A stretch of DNA of 60,655 nt, the filler included, from Dugesia japonica (lineage: Eukaryota), in NCBI GenBank assembly GCA_001938525.1. It is 6 parts of 6 records of this genome, joined end to end, with 100 filler letters (N's around TTAATTAATTAA, not from the genome) between each part and the next. Parts side by side here need not be neighbours in the genome. Positions count along the whole stretch, not along the records: positions 1 to 8,934 come from MQRL01259165.1; positions 9,035 to 19,680 come from MQRL01638947.1; 4 more parts are not named here. One strand, written 5' to 3'. A program made the position numbers and the translations under genes. Below the pieces are notes generated by a model. It was not told where the DNA came from. It saw only the letters and a program-made list of their open reading frames with translations, and searched no databases. Of this stretch, positions 1-12,140 are shown in pieces. How positions within the stretch are numbered: the stretch's first letter is position 1; each line of letters begins with the position of its first letter.

Positions 1-1658
1 ATAAAATGTCTGCAAAAGCAAATGAAGAAATTTCAATCTACTGTGAACTCAGTAGTGGTTGGAAAATAAAAAAGTATTGGAGCTTAGATTTATTTTGGTT
101 AAATATACACTAGTCATTTATTTATCAGGACGATCGTACATTGCAAGTCCAAAATCATTAGAAGAATCAAAGGCTATCAATAATGTTCAAAATAAAGATT
201 ATAAATACTTAATTTACAGCATTTTAGCAGTGTTAAAATATGATGTAGTCAAGAATAATCGTCATCGTCCACAATAATATGAATGCATTTTAAATGAATT
301 AAAATATAATGAGCAGAAGGTCAATAGAAATACTCCAGGATGCAGAAATGCATCGATTATTTGAAGTCGGAATTCGTGGCAGAATGACATTTGTAAGCAG
401 ACATTATGTACGGGCAGATGATAATACCTTTCTGCTTTATATAGATGTGAATAATTAATATGGTAGGGCCTTTACACAATACTTACCATATAAAGACTTT
501 GAATTTGTAGATAAAGTAGAAGAAATTTATCAACAGATTTTAAATTCAAATGAAAATTCTGATGTTGGATATTTATTGGAAGGTGATCTCGAAATACCTA
601 ACGAAAATTATGATAGATTAGATTCATTACCATTAGCTCCGGAACACAAATGCCCACCTGAATCAAAAGTGTAGAAACTGTTGTTGACACATGAACCTAA
701 ACAACACAATGTCATGTTTTGGATATTATTAAAGATATATATAAAACTGGGAGCTTGTGTAACTGCCGTACACAGAATAGTGAAATTTAAACCGGTTAAA
801 ATTATTTGCAAATTACATCAATGCAAATTTTATAAGAAGAGCCGCATCAAAAACTAAATTTGTAAAGGATTTTTATAAGCTTTTCAATAATGCGCTTTAT
901 GGTAAGACAGTGGAGAATTTGAAAAAGCGAATGAATCTTCGATTATGTAATAATGAAAAGAAATTTGTAACTTGTACTAGCAAAGTTACTTTTAAAAAGA
1001 CGTTAGATCTAGCCGATGGACTAAAAGCTGTGTTGCTGGATAAAAAGAACATTTGCTTGAATTGAACAATTTATATTGATCAAGTAGATCTAAGTAAACT
1101 GCAAATGTACCAGCTGCAATATCAAGAACTGAAAATGTATTGCCAATGTTTTTCATGTAAAATAGATATCATTGCAGGGGATACAGACAGTTTTTCCTTG
1201 TTTGCACTGGAGTAGACAAAATCCAGGTCTTGGCACAACTGAAATTAGATGGCTTGTTAGACACAAGCCATTATCCAAAAAATCATATACTCTATCCTTG
1301 TGAAGTAGCCAACAAAATCGGATTGTTTAAGGATGAAGGCCAAGGAGAAACCTATATGAAATGGGTGTTTTTAAGACCAAAATGTTATATTTTATAGAAG
1401 GAAAATTCTACCACAACAATGAAAGTAAAAGGAGTTAATCTGAAGAAAACTGCTATTCAATATCAAAACTATTTAAAGGTGTACAATGAAGACGATGAAG
1501 AAAATGGTAAAGAACAAAATACAATTATTCAGACTAGTTTTAGAACAATAAACCATCAATTATATACTATTACAAGCAAGAAACGTGCATTATCATGTAA
1601 AGATGATAAGCGTTTTTGGAGTGAAAGAAATATGAGCATGGCTTATAGACATTATTAA
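1..1658 (+). pseudogene. Polinton/Maverick (adintovirus-like) protein-primed DNA polymerase B relic, copy 1 (exonuclease region deleted)
   Basis: Across frames: N-terminal YIASPKSL..AINNVQNKD.KYLIYSILA, then a jump at ~315 to FEVGIRGR. Motif A LYIDVNN*YG..LPYKDFEF, motif B DFYKLFNNALYGKTVEN (868-918), motif C IIAGDTDSF (~1168-1194), then GLFKDE..FLRPKCY, KVKGV and DDKRF..MAYRHY*. Contains stops and frameshifts. Confidence 0.9.
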
Positions 1659-1660
1659 AT

Positions 1661-2129
1661 CTTAATGAATTAAATAAAATCTTGTTCACTATATTTTTTA
1701 GAAAAAATGAATTTCCTATCTTGAAAGTGAAGATAAAAAAGGACAGTATATTATCTCAGATTTATTTTTGTAAAGACAATGAATTATAAGATATTTGTTA
1801 TATGTCAAAAATTTATAATTCCATTAAATTTATTGATTTTGTTTGATATTATATTTTAAAGTTGATAATTTGATAATGAATTTCTCAATAAATTGTGAAA
1901 GTTCATGCTTCTTAATGAATTAAATAAAATCTTGTTCTCTATATTTTTTTAAAAAAAAATGAATTTCCGATCATGAAAGAGAAGATAAAAAAGGACAGTA
2001 TATTATCCGATATTTTTTTTTGTAAAGACAATGAATTATATGATATTTGTTTTATGTAAAAAATTTATATTTCATTAAATTTATTGATTTTTTTTGATAT
2101 TATATTTCAAAGTTGATAATTTGATAATG
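1661..2129. repeat. Direct duplication of ~220 bp (period 250)
   Basis: cttaatgaattaaataaaatcttgttc...gttgataatttgataatg occurs at 1661-1878 and 1911-2128 with scattered substitutions. Confidence 0.9.
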
Positions 2130-2679
2130 GATTATTTGTTATATAATTTTCAGGCAAGATGTGTAAAAGTCATAATTTACAATAAAGTGTAAAAGTTTCC
2201 GACTCGTGTGTAATAATTCACTAAAAAAACCAAAACATTTGAATTCGCGCGATTAAAAAACAAAAAAAATTCAATTTTTTAATTTAAAGTGTGAAAAAGA
2301 ATTGACAGCAAAGGTATGAATTTTTCACATCTCGGGTAAAAAGAAAATGTCTAGCTGCTTCCATCAAATAAGACGTTTACATATACATACAGATCATCGA
2401 TTAAGGTAACTGCACATTCTTTTAACAATAAAACTAGAAGAAATAAAACTAATAGAATTATGATGAAATTTCTAGATAAATTGTTACCAAAAGTCATAAT
2501 AGGAAAAAGAGATTTGAAAAAGATGAACATCTTGATATTACCAAAAATAGACTGTGTAACTGTAGATGAAATAAAAGTAACTTTCATGTTCAAAATGAGA
2601 GAGCTAACAGAAAACTAAACAACCCTGTATCTAAGGATCCAAAAAATAGGTCCTTATGGTTTTTTATTATGGTTTTTTT

Positions 2680-5600
2680 ATGCAAAAAATGTATATCGTA
2701 TGTCCTAATTGTCGGACATTAGGATTTGGCAAACATCAAAATACACATGAGGACCACCTATCTGGGTTCCCTAAAAATAAAAAACAACTATTAAAATCAA
2801 TTATAGATAGTGACGCAAATAGGAATATAAATGTAGCACATAAAACAATTGAGCTAAAAGTCAAAACTTAAAGATGAACCAGAAATTATTACCATTAAGT
2901 AAGAACCGAGAGAAGTTATACCTATAGAAGATGAACCGAAAATTAATATCAACAAGAAGGAACCTGTAGAAGTTATAATTATTGAAGATGAACCAGAAAT
3001 TATTACCATTAAGGAAGAACCGTTAGAAGTTATTATAATCGAGATTAATGAAGAAGCAATGAAAATAGAATCAGAAGAAGCTATCAACAGAGTACCAAAA
3101 GAAAGAGTAATCAGTAATGAAGTTCATATAACTTCAAAAGATTTAAATAATTTTTAACTAATTGATAAATTAGACGAAAAAGACATCATATTACAAGAAT
3201 TCATTGTTGCAGAAGAAGAAAGAAATCAAGTTGGTGGCACATTAAATCCAAGTGATACAAATTAAATTGTCATTATAGAAAGAGACTTATATAGATGTCA
3301 TTATAGAAAGAGACTTATATAGATGTCACCAAATTATAAAAATCTACATATCCAATTGGAATACTTATAAATTATACTACCAGAAAATTTGATTACCCAA
3401 CTGTTTAAAATAATAAATGAGATGAAAAAAGTAAAAATACAATTTGGAATCAACTTGGAATTTGTAAGGAATGAAGAGGTTCAAACTTGTAGAATATCAA
3501 ATAGAGCTGTTCAACTAAGTGATAGTTTTTTTTGAAGAGGGTATTGAACAAAAAAATTTCCATAAGGAGTAAGCTCGGTTCAAGCTGGATACTGAGCAGG
3601 ATTTCGGAAATGAATTTCAAAATCACAAAGATAAAAATTATAAGCAGACAGTCGAAATATAACTATATACCGACACCTGAAAATTTGGTAAAGAAAAAAG
3701 CAATTCTTCACGTTCAAAATAGAGATAATAAATGCTTTATTTACAGCATTTTAGCCATTACCAAGTATGACCAAATTCATACAAATAGATTTAGAGAATC
3801 AAATTATCATAAATATATATCTGAGAATGATTATAAAGAAACAGACATGCCAATAATTTGGATAATATCAGAAAATTCGTAAGAAAATGTCATAGACTTT
3901 CAATTCAAACGATCTGAAAGATAATGATCAAGATGTTTTCAAACATCCCAATTTAGATATCATCCGCAGATCCAAGGTGATTGATGGTGAGAAGATTTAT
4001 TTGTTGATGTTAGAAAAGGGTAAAAACTACCATTATACAGCTGTAGTTAACTTAGAAAGGTTAATGAATAGAGGTGATAAAACAATGGTACAAGGATCCA
4101 ATTAATATGGTGTCGAAATTGTTTAAACGGTTTTAGAAATAGCTTTTGAGAAACATCAAGTAATTTGTGAGAAGATTCAAACCGGAACAACATTATAATA
4201 CACCATGCCAACAGATAAAAACTTAGAGTTCAAGGATTTCTCTAAGACAATGACAATATCGTTCGTCATATATGCTGATTTTGAGTCAGTTTTTCCAACT
4301 GATGAAATATATTTTCAAAGTATAGTTTCAGCAGAACTTTTGTTAGTAAATAATTTTACTGACAAAACAACATATAAACAGTTTATTGATGATAACTGTA
4401 TATATGATTTTTTGAAGAAATTCAAGAAATAAATAGAATTATGGTGGCTCCGTATTACGAACAAAATGGAAATAAGCCAAGGGTATTATCAAGAGCAGAA
4501 GAAATATTGTTTGCTGTAGCAAAAATTGTTATTTGTGTGAAAATACATTGTCTACACCAGTTTGAGATCACAATTACTCTACAAGCCAGTATTTAGTCCC
4601 TGCATTTTCTAAATGTAACTGCAGTAGAAGTGTGAAAAAGCAACTACTTGTTGTATTTTATAATTTAAGAGGGTATGATTTATATCATATCATGAAATAT
4701 AAATTAAATAAATTTATATTCCAATAACAATGGAAAGGTTTCCATGCTAAATACTGCATGAAACTAAATTACCAATAATTAAGTTTATAGATTCATACCA
4801 GTTTATAAACTCTTCACTAGATTCAGCGGTAAAGTCCTTAAAAGCGACACCTTTGACGTTAAAAGAATTTAAAGATTTAAGAATTACAACGTCAAAAGGG
4901 ATAATTTCCATACAATTATGTAACCAGTTTTTAAGTTCTGGTTAAAACAACACAAAGGCCACCAAGATGGCAGAGGAAGAATATACAAAGGCAATGGAAA
5001 TGTGGAGAATCACCGATTGTACGAACCTTCTGGACTAGATGCTGGTTTATTTGAAATTGGATGTTTACTTACAGGCAGATTTCTTCCAACAGTTCAGATT
5101 GAAATCTATATCACACAAAACATTGGAGCCATTGAATTTCTTTGGCATACCGGATATGAGTTGGAGATCAGCTTTGATGTCATTGAAGAAATCAGTAAAA
5201 CTGTTGATGGATAACTACATGTATACCAATTTTGAAGGTGGTATAAGGGCTGGATTGACATTTATCAACAAACATTATGTTGCTACAAATGAAAACACAG
5301 ATTTGTTATAATTAGATATTAGCAATCTGTACGGATAGGCTCTTAGTCAATAATTACCATATAAAGACTTTGAGTGTGTACATACTGATTTAGAATCAGC
5401 ATTACACGAATGCAAGACGATAGATCTGGATGTGTTGTCGTATGGATACACTATGAAGGTAGATATGGTTATTCCTGAAGAAATCCATACCTATCTAAAA
5501 GATCTACCAGTAGCTGCAAAACATCGATGTACTCCAGGTAGTAAAGTTAAAAAGCTAATTTTGACTCATTACACTAAGAAAAATTATGATTTACATCAAA

Positions 5601-6183
5601 ATCCAGCTTAGATCGACACAGTTTCATTGGCCAATCGGTACTTGACTTGAGCAAATTACTAATGTGCCAGCTACAGTACATTGAGCTCGAGAAGTATAGA
5701 AAACCAGAAAACTGTACAATTAATATTGTAGCTGGCGATACTGACAACTTTTATCTGAAGATAATTGGTGTAAAACTAGAAAAACCTTTATCATTAATGA
5801 TAAAAGATGAATTGATGGATACATCGAATTATAGTAAAGAACATCCATTGAATAGTAATATGTAAACTTGGAAAGTTAAAGGATAAGAATAAAGAGAATA
5901 AGTATCAAGAATGGGTGTTCCTAAGACCGAAGTGTTATAGCCTGGTTAGCGAATAGCCAAATATGAAAGCTTAAGGCATAATACTAAAAAACACAAACAT
6001 TTCTCATCAGTCATACATTGACTGTTACAATGAGAATCAATCGGTCTCTGTTGATCAATTTCGGATTACCAGCAAGAATCACCAATTATTTAGTGTAAGA
6101 TCGAAGAAAATAGCTTTATCAAATAATGATAACAAAAGATATTGGTTAAATGAAAATGAAAGTGTACCTTATAGACACTATAA
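2680..6183 (+). pseudogene. Polinton/Maverick pPolB relic, copy 2, with a probable N-terminal extension
   Basis: GSSWILSRI..YIPTPENLVKKKAILHVQNRDNKCFIYSILA; ExoI FVIYADFES; endonuclease-VII-like CYLCE..RDH..KCN (~4525-4620); ExoII FYNLRGYD; KFIDSYQF; ExoIII YLKLDVYLQADFFQQFR; FEGGIRAG; motif A LDISNLYG; motif C IVAGDTDNF; FLRPKCY; DNKRY..PYRHY. The motif B segment is missing at ~5605. Linkage of 2680-3400 to the polymerase is inferred. Confidence 0.88.
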
Positions 6184-6874
6184 AATAAAAAAATACTTTT
6201 TTGCAAAAAACAAAATCTAGTCACATGAAGAACATCTAAAATATAAGTGGTATTTATTCATTTTTTAAGACATTAATTAATTCTTTATATTGCAGAAAAG
6301 AATAAATTTGTGTATATATATCTGAACGCTAAACCGGTCCTATTTAGCGTCATATCTGTGATATTTAATAAAAAATATATGTTATTTTGTTGTTATTTCT
6401 ATAATGAAATATTTTTTTTATGCATGAAATGTTATTTATTGTTCTATATCATGAATTTAGATTTGGTAATAGAACAAATGATTGAAAATATTGAATTAAA
6501 TTACCTTGATACATCATTTAAATTATCTACATCAGTTAAGCAAGATAATAAAATTTAATGTTCTCAAACAAGATTTTGATAATTAAGATTTTTTGATAAA
6601 TAACATAAAAAATAAACACAAATAACATCAAATGAAAAGAAATGTTTTTTTTATAACCAGAAAACTTCATGATCCTTTGAAATTTTTGTTTGACAGACCG
6701 GATTTAAACTAATAATTAATATTTGTTTTAAAATAAATAATAAAATTACCATTTTTGATCTCTAATAACTCGACATTGTCTTTGTTTTCCAAAAGATATA
6801 GACAAAGCTTGCACTTTGATATTAGCCTTTGTGCTATAAATTATTTCTGGGCTTTTATATGCACAATCAAAGTT

Positions 6875-7321
6875 TTATCGGTTTGCAGTTCTTTTCTTCT
6901 CTTCATTATTAATTTCATTTGCAGCTGTTGGTGAATTATGCTTAAAAAACTTTACCACATTTTTCATAAGAAATTTCATATTTTCTAATAACTTTGGATT
7001 GAATTTCAATTTTTCTTTGCATTCTTCTTTGCGCAAGACAACTAAACGGTCCAAAAATTGGTTTTCTATTAATGCATATAGTCCTTCTTGCATTTTCTTC
7101 TCCAACCTGTATCTATATAATAAGATCTCATTGTTTGAGATTTTTGTGATCGGAGACATAAACGGATCCAGATTGTAATGAATCTTTAATATTTCTGCTC
7201 TGTAAACTACACATCGTGGTAGGTTATCTGGACAATTTGTGGCATAGTTATGATTGAAAACCGAACAGATATTATACTTACCATCATTATCCTTCTGTGA
7301 ATTTTCATTAGCTTTTTGCAA
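6875..7321 (-). CDS. Unknown 148-aa ORF in the Polinton-like element (start uncertain)
   Basis: Intronless ORF between pPolB copy 2 and the repeat-rich terminus, convergent with pPolB. No domain recognised. Confidence 0.35.
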   Translation of the reverse strand: MQKANENSQKDNDGKYNICSVFNHNYATNCPDNLPRCVVYRAEILKIHYNLDPFMSPITKISNNEILLYRYRLEKKMQEGLYALIENQFLDRLVVLRKEECKEKLKFNPKLLENMKFLMKNVVKFFKHNSPTAANEINNEEKKRTANR

Positions 7322-7699
7322 ATTTCAATTTCTTTTATCAATAGAAATTGATGGAACGATGCGGTTTTTAAATCTTGCATTTCTAAAATAATGAAATAAT
7401 AAATAAAATTTCTGTTTATATACTCTTGTATGTGTATGAATATTATTGGTTCTAGATTGGAAAGAAATGTACTTGGAACCAATGGTGAACCATCTGTAAG
7501 ACGAAAAATTCAAAGAAGAAGAAGAAAATAATTGTTTTATTAATAAATGTATATTAAAGTATATAGTTTTCTTTTAAAAGAAATATTTACATATAATTAC
7601 AATAGAGTTGCAATAGAGATGCAACACACATTCATACAAAACTACATGCCTGTATATTTAAAAACCATTTAAATATTTCAACTTAAATGCAACTCATGA

Positions 7700-8331
7700 G
7701 CAAATTTAAAAAAAATTTAAATTTCCCACCACATTATTTGAAAATTAAAACAAAACTATATCTCTCCTCAACCAATCACCATCCGAACAATGAAATCAAA
7801 CAAAATCAAACACAAAATCAAACACAAATTCAAACACAGGCTCGATAACTAATAACCCTGTGCTATGACTTGTGCTATGTGTTATCGTGTATCTAGATAA
7901 CTAATAATACTGTGCTATGATTTGTGCTATGGGTTAACGTGGATCATTCATAAAAAGATTGAAAAAATTTCAAAAGAAAAGAGAAAAAACTTAACTATCC
8001 AAAATCTGATCTGATCTGATCAAAAAATACTTAAATCGAAAATGACTAGTAGCTGATACAGTTGATGTGAGCGCACAAACACAGTGATCCTTGCTAAAAA
8101 AGTAATATTTTGTTTTAATCAATCGCTAAAATAAAAATAAATTTTAAATTCCCCTCCAAAATATTTACAAATTAAAACAAAACTACATCTCTCCGCAACC
8201 ATTCCAAAACTGACCAATCAAATTAAACACAAATTCAAACACAAATTCAAACACAAATTCAAACATAAATTCAACCCCCCCGGGAAAGGGGTGCGCAATA
8301 ACTCATCTGTGTTTGTGCGCTCACATCTACT
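7700..8331 (+). mobile_element. Putative right terminus (TIR region) of the Polinton-like element
   Basis: Duplicated block 7715-7838/8140-8275 with (caaattcaaaca)n arrays, a ~51-bp tandem pair at 7845-7945 and a C/G tract. It ends ...CATCTACT at 8331 (reverse complement AGTAG..., the Polinton AG...CT rule) and abuts Gypsy pol directly. Confidence 0.6.
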
Positions 8332-8934
8332 TAATCATGGATTAATTATCTGAGTAGTTTAGACATGGTTTTGGAATATAGAAAAGGAATTCAACATGGT
8401 AACGCAGATATTTTATCTAGACCAAGATGTGAGGTGTGTGTACAGTGTGAAATGTCATATGTAGATGCCAAGAAAGGGAAGATTAAAACAAAAATACTGA
8501 ACATAATTGAAATGTAAAAAGAAGATCATTTTAACATTTTTGACGAAACAGATTTCATCAAGAAAATTAAAATTCCGGATGACAAACTACATGAGACAAT
8601 AGAAGAAATACATAAATTATTATGTTATGCATGAAAAGGTGTACGAATATATGTGAAACAAATACATTGCAAAGAACTTATGGAGCCCAGTGCAGAAGAT
8701 AGTTCGTAGTTGTGAAACTTTTCAAAAGACCAAAGTAGTGACAACATCAACTAAACAGAAGACAAAGAGATTAGAAGCTACAAATTTTTTTGAAGTCCTT
8801 TTCACAGATATATGTGGGAAACAAGTGGACCAAAAAAATACATTCTTGGAATAATCGATTATTACAGTAAATACCTGGTTCTTATACCATTGCCTAAACA
8901 AGAAGAGGAAACAATCTGAAAAGCTATTTCTGAA
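8332..8934 (+). mobile_element. Ty3/Gypsy pol relic (end of RNase H, integrase zinc finger and core)
   Basis: SWINYLSSLDMVLEYRKGIQHGNADILSR; HKLLC..C; FEVLFTDICG; YILGIIDYYSKY. Frameshifted. Confidence 0.85.
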
Positions 8935-9034
8935 NNNNNNNNNNNNNNNNNNNNNNNNNNNNNNNNNNNNNNNNNNNNTTAATTAATTAANNNNNNNNNN
9001 NNNNNNNNNNNNNNNNNNNNNNNNNNNNNNNNNN
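8935..9034. other. Artificial scaffold spacer
   Basis: 44 N + TTAATTAATTAA (stop codons in all six frames) + 44 N. Confidence 0.95.
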
Positions 9035-9039
9035 ATTAA

Positions 9040-10846
9040 TTAATTTATAATTTATTTATCATCTTATAACTATAAATGTTAAAAATCAATGGGAGTGACT
9101 AATTAATTTCTGAAAATTTAAATTTGACCAATGAAATTCCTTAGTAAATAGATCATTATTAGGAAATTCCTTAAAAAATAGGCCGTAATTCACTGAAAAT
9201 TAATTCGATTTGATCTCATTGAGAAAATTATTCAACTAAAATCATTGAAAACTGGCTNNNNNNNNNNNNNNNNNNNNNNNNNNNNNNNNNNNNNNNNNNN
9301 NNNNNNNNNNNNNNNNNNNNNNCAATCAACATTAAAGTTTTTTCTAAAACATAAAATTTATTAACATTTTATTAATTAAGGCCAACAAATTTGTAATATA
9401 CCCGGGAGCGAATTGTATTTTTATCATATGAGATTAACTAATTTAAATAACATAATTGACCAAATCACCCTTACCAAGAAAATTATTACTCCAAATAATC
9501 GAAAAATTATCCTTGTGAATAAATAATTGACCATAACCATCCAATCTTTGAGCACTATAAACCAATATCCGACCCCTGTCAACTAAAATCTGACCATTGC
9601 CAACTAAGGTCTGACCACTGTGAGTAAATAATTCACCAAATCATTCAAACCTAACACAAATTGACTAAATCCGAGTAAATAATTCACCGAATTCACCAAA
9701 AAATAATCCTTGTGAGCAAATAATTAACCAAGTTTACCTATAACGAGTAAATAATTGATCAACAATACCCAAACTGTGAATATAATTGACCAATATTACC
9801 TAAGCCAAGTAAATCATTGACTAAACGGAGTAAATAATTAACCAAAATTACCTAAACCGAGTAAATAATTGACAGAATCACCAAGAAAATAAGAAAACTT
9901 AACCATTTCCGACTAAATAACTTACCGATTTGCCCTAAAATTACCCAAATTGACCATTACCAAGTAAATAATGGACTAATAATGCCTAAACCGAGCAATC
10001 CTGAGAAAATATTGGACCAATAATACCAAAACGGGATAAATAATTGACCAAATTGTCCAAAGCTAACCCAAATTGACCACACCTGAGGAAATAATTGACC
10101 AATATTACCTAAACCGGGTAAAAAATGAACCAAATTACCCAAAAAATTACCAATCCCAAGGAAAACTTTGACCAATTCACTCAAAAATTACGCAAACCGA
10201 GCAATCCCGAGAAAATATTGGACCAAATTTATCTAAACCAACTAAAAATTAACTTTATTCGACCTCACCGAGGAAACTTAGGACAAAAACTACCTAAAAC
10301 CAATAAAAAATTACCCAAATTGACCAATCCTGAGGAAATATTCAAACAAATCGCCCAAAAATTACTTAAAACCAACCAAGTTTGCCCAAAATAACCAATC
10401 TCGAGAAAATAATTGACTAAATTCATCTGAACCAGCCAAAAATTGACATTATTCGACCTCATCGAATACATTCCCAACTAAATACACAGGGAAATATAAA
10501 GACAGTTACCGCCTAAAAAGCTTAAAAAATTTTCCCAACTAAATACACAGGGAAATTTAAAAAACAGATAATCCTATTACGTAAAATTTCACCGATGAAA
10601 TTAATCTGACGACATAATTTGTGTGCAAAAATAATTTCCCAACTAAATACATTGGGAAATACGAAAGCAGTTGCGTAATAATGTCGCAACGAAATTAATT
10701 ACATTGTGTAATGCACACAAATTTGTGCCGCCGCCTATTTACATTGGAAAAATACGAAAACACTTATGTAATAATCCGATTAAGTCAACGGGGGGTGGGG
10801 GGCTTGCCAAATGTGTGCTGTTTTCGTGCGCCACTATCTACCTACT
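9040..10846 (+). mobile_element. Non-coding repeat element arm with minisatellite-like subterminal array and AGTAG terminus (copy A)
   Basis: Degenerate (aaccgagtaaataattgaccaaattacc)-like units at 9450-10470. Ends gtgcgccactatctacctact at 10846. Homologous to 41385-42290 (inverted) and 48060-48570. Confidence 0.75.
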
Positions 10847-11774
10847 CAAGTTTGTTACCATAGCACTTTCCTATTAAACACCAAGGTTCAAGTAGCTTAG
10901 TACGCCACTATCTACCTACCATACTGTTTTCTTTTTTTCACCCCCAAGGAAGCGTTTTTTTTATAATACTTTTATAGACTATGTATAGACAGCTTTTAAT
11001 TCTAAGGTCAATGTTCTCAGATTCAAATTGAAAAATTTAATAGTAACCCTTGAGGTTTAAATGCTTAAAATGTCAAATATCTGAAAACCCAAGCATTTTT
11101 GCTGAGGACAACTAATACAGGAATTGTAGACAATTAAATTCTCTATACTTTACGTATTGAATTTTTGACATCACTTTTGAAAATGGTGGCTATAAACCGT
11201 ATTAAAAACTTCAAAGGGAACTATTTGTGCCGCCAACACACATACCAAGCATTTAAAAAAGACAGAAGTTCTTAGAATTAAATTTTGCGTCTATATGTAT
11301 AAAGTTGAATTTTCTAACACCTTTCTTTCCATGGCTAGAGGGGTGGCAAAGTGCACCACATATCTTTATCTCCGAAACGAAGCATTTTTCGGTAGTAGTA
11401 CTTTAAGTAGTCTATAGCCAGTTTTTAATTTCCGGAACAATGCAATTGGTTTCAAGTTTAAAGAATTTAAATTGCGCTCTGTAGAACCATTTTGTTTATT
11501 TTCTTTGTTCTTTTGTAACCTCTTCTTCTTACCAAATTTTTAGCNNNNNNNNNNNNNNNNNNNNNNNNNNNNNNNNNNNNNNNNNNNNNNNNNNNNNNNN
11601 NNNNNNNNNNNNNNNNNNNNNNNNNNNNNNNNNNNNNNNNNNNNNNNNNNNNNNNNNNNNNNNNNNNNNNNNNNNNNNNNNNNNNNNNNNNNNNNNNNNN
11701 NNNNNNNNNNNNNNNNNNNNNNNNNNNNNNNNNNNNNNNNNNNNNNNNNNNNNNNNNNNNNNNNNNNNNNNNNN

Positions 11775-12140
11775 ATGCCGTACTTCAGGAGAAAAGGAAA
11801 TCAGATTTGGCAAATCTATTGCCGGAAATAGAATTTAAGATAAATACCACAAAGCAGAAGATGACTGGAAAGAGTGCAGCTGATATCGTATTTGGAAGAA
11901 AATTAATAGAAAAAGGTGATACGAATCAGACATTTCAGAAAGAACTTAATAAAACATTTCAGAAACTACTAATAGAGAATTCGAAGTAGAATATTAAGTT
12001 ATCTTTAAGTTAGAAACAAGAAATAAAAGCCTAAAAATAGAAATAAAATAGATTTGAAGGTCCTTATCGATTAATTGAGAAAATTCAAGAAAAACAGTAT
12101 GCAGAATAAGGAATAAACGGAAAGCGATTAGAGAAGAAAA
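11775..12140 (+). mobile_element. Ty3/Gypsy integrase C-terminal relic
   Basis: LLPEIEFKINTTKQKMTGKSAADIVFGR and RFEGPYRLIEKI (GPY/F module). Confidence 0.8.

Noticed and set aside
3269-3327. 28-bp perfect tandem duplication
   Set aside because: A simple frameshifting decay event in the relic ORF.
9450-10480. Repeat array as a CRISPR array or coding ORFs
   Set aside because: Degenerate tandem units with no unique spacers and no cas genes, in eukaryotic DNA; the ORFs are repeat translations.
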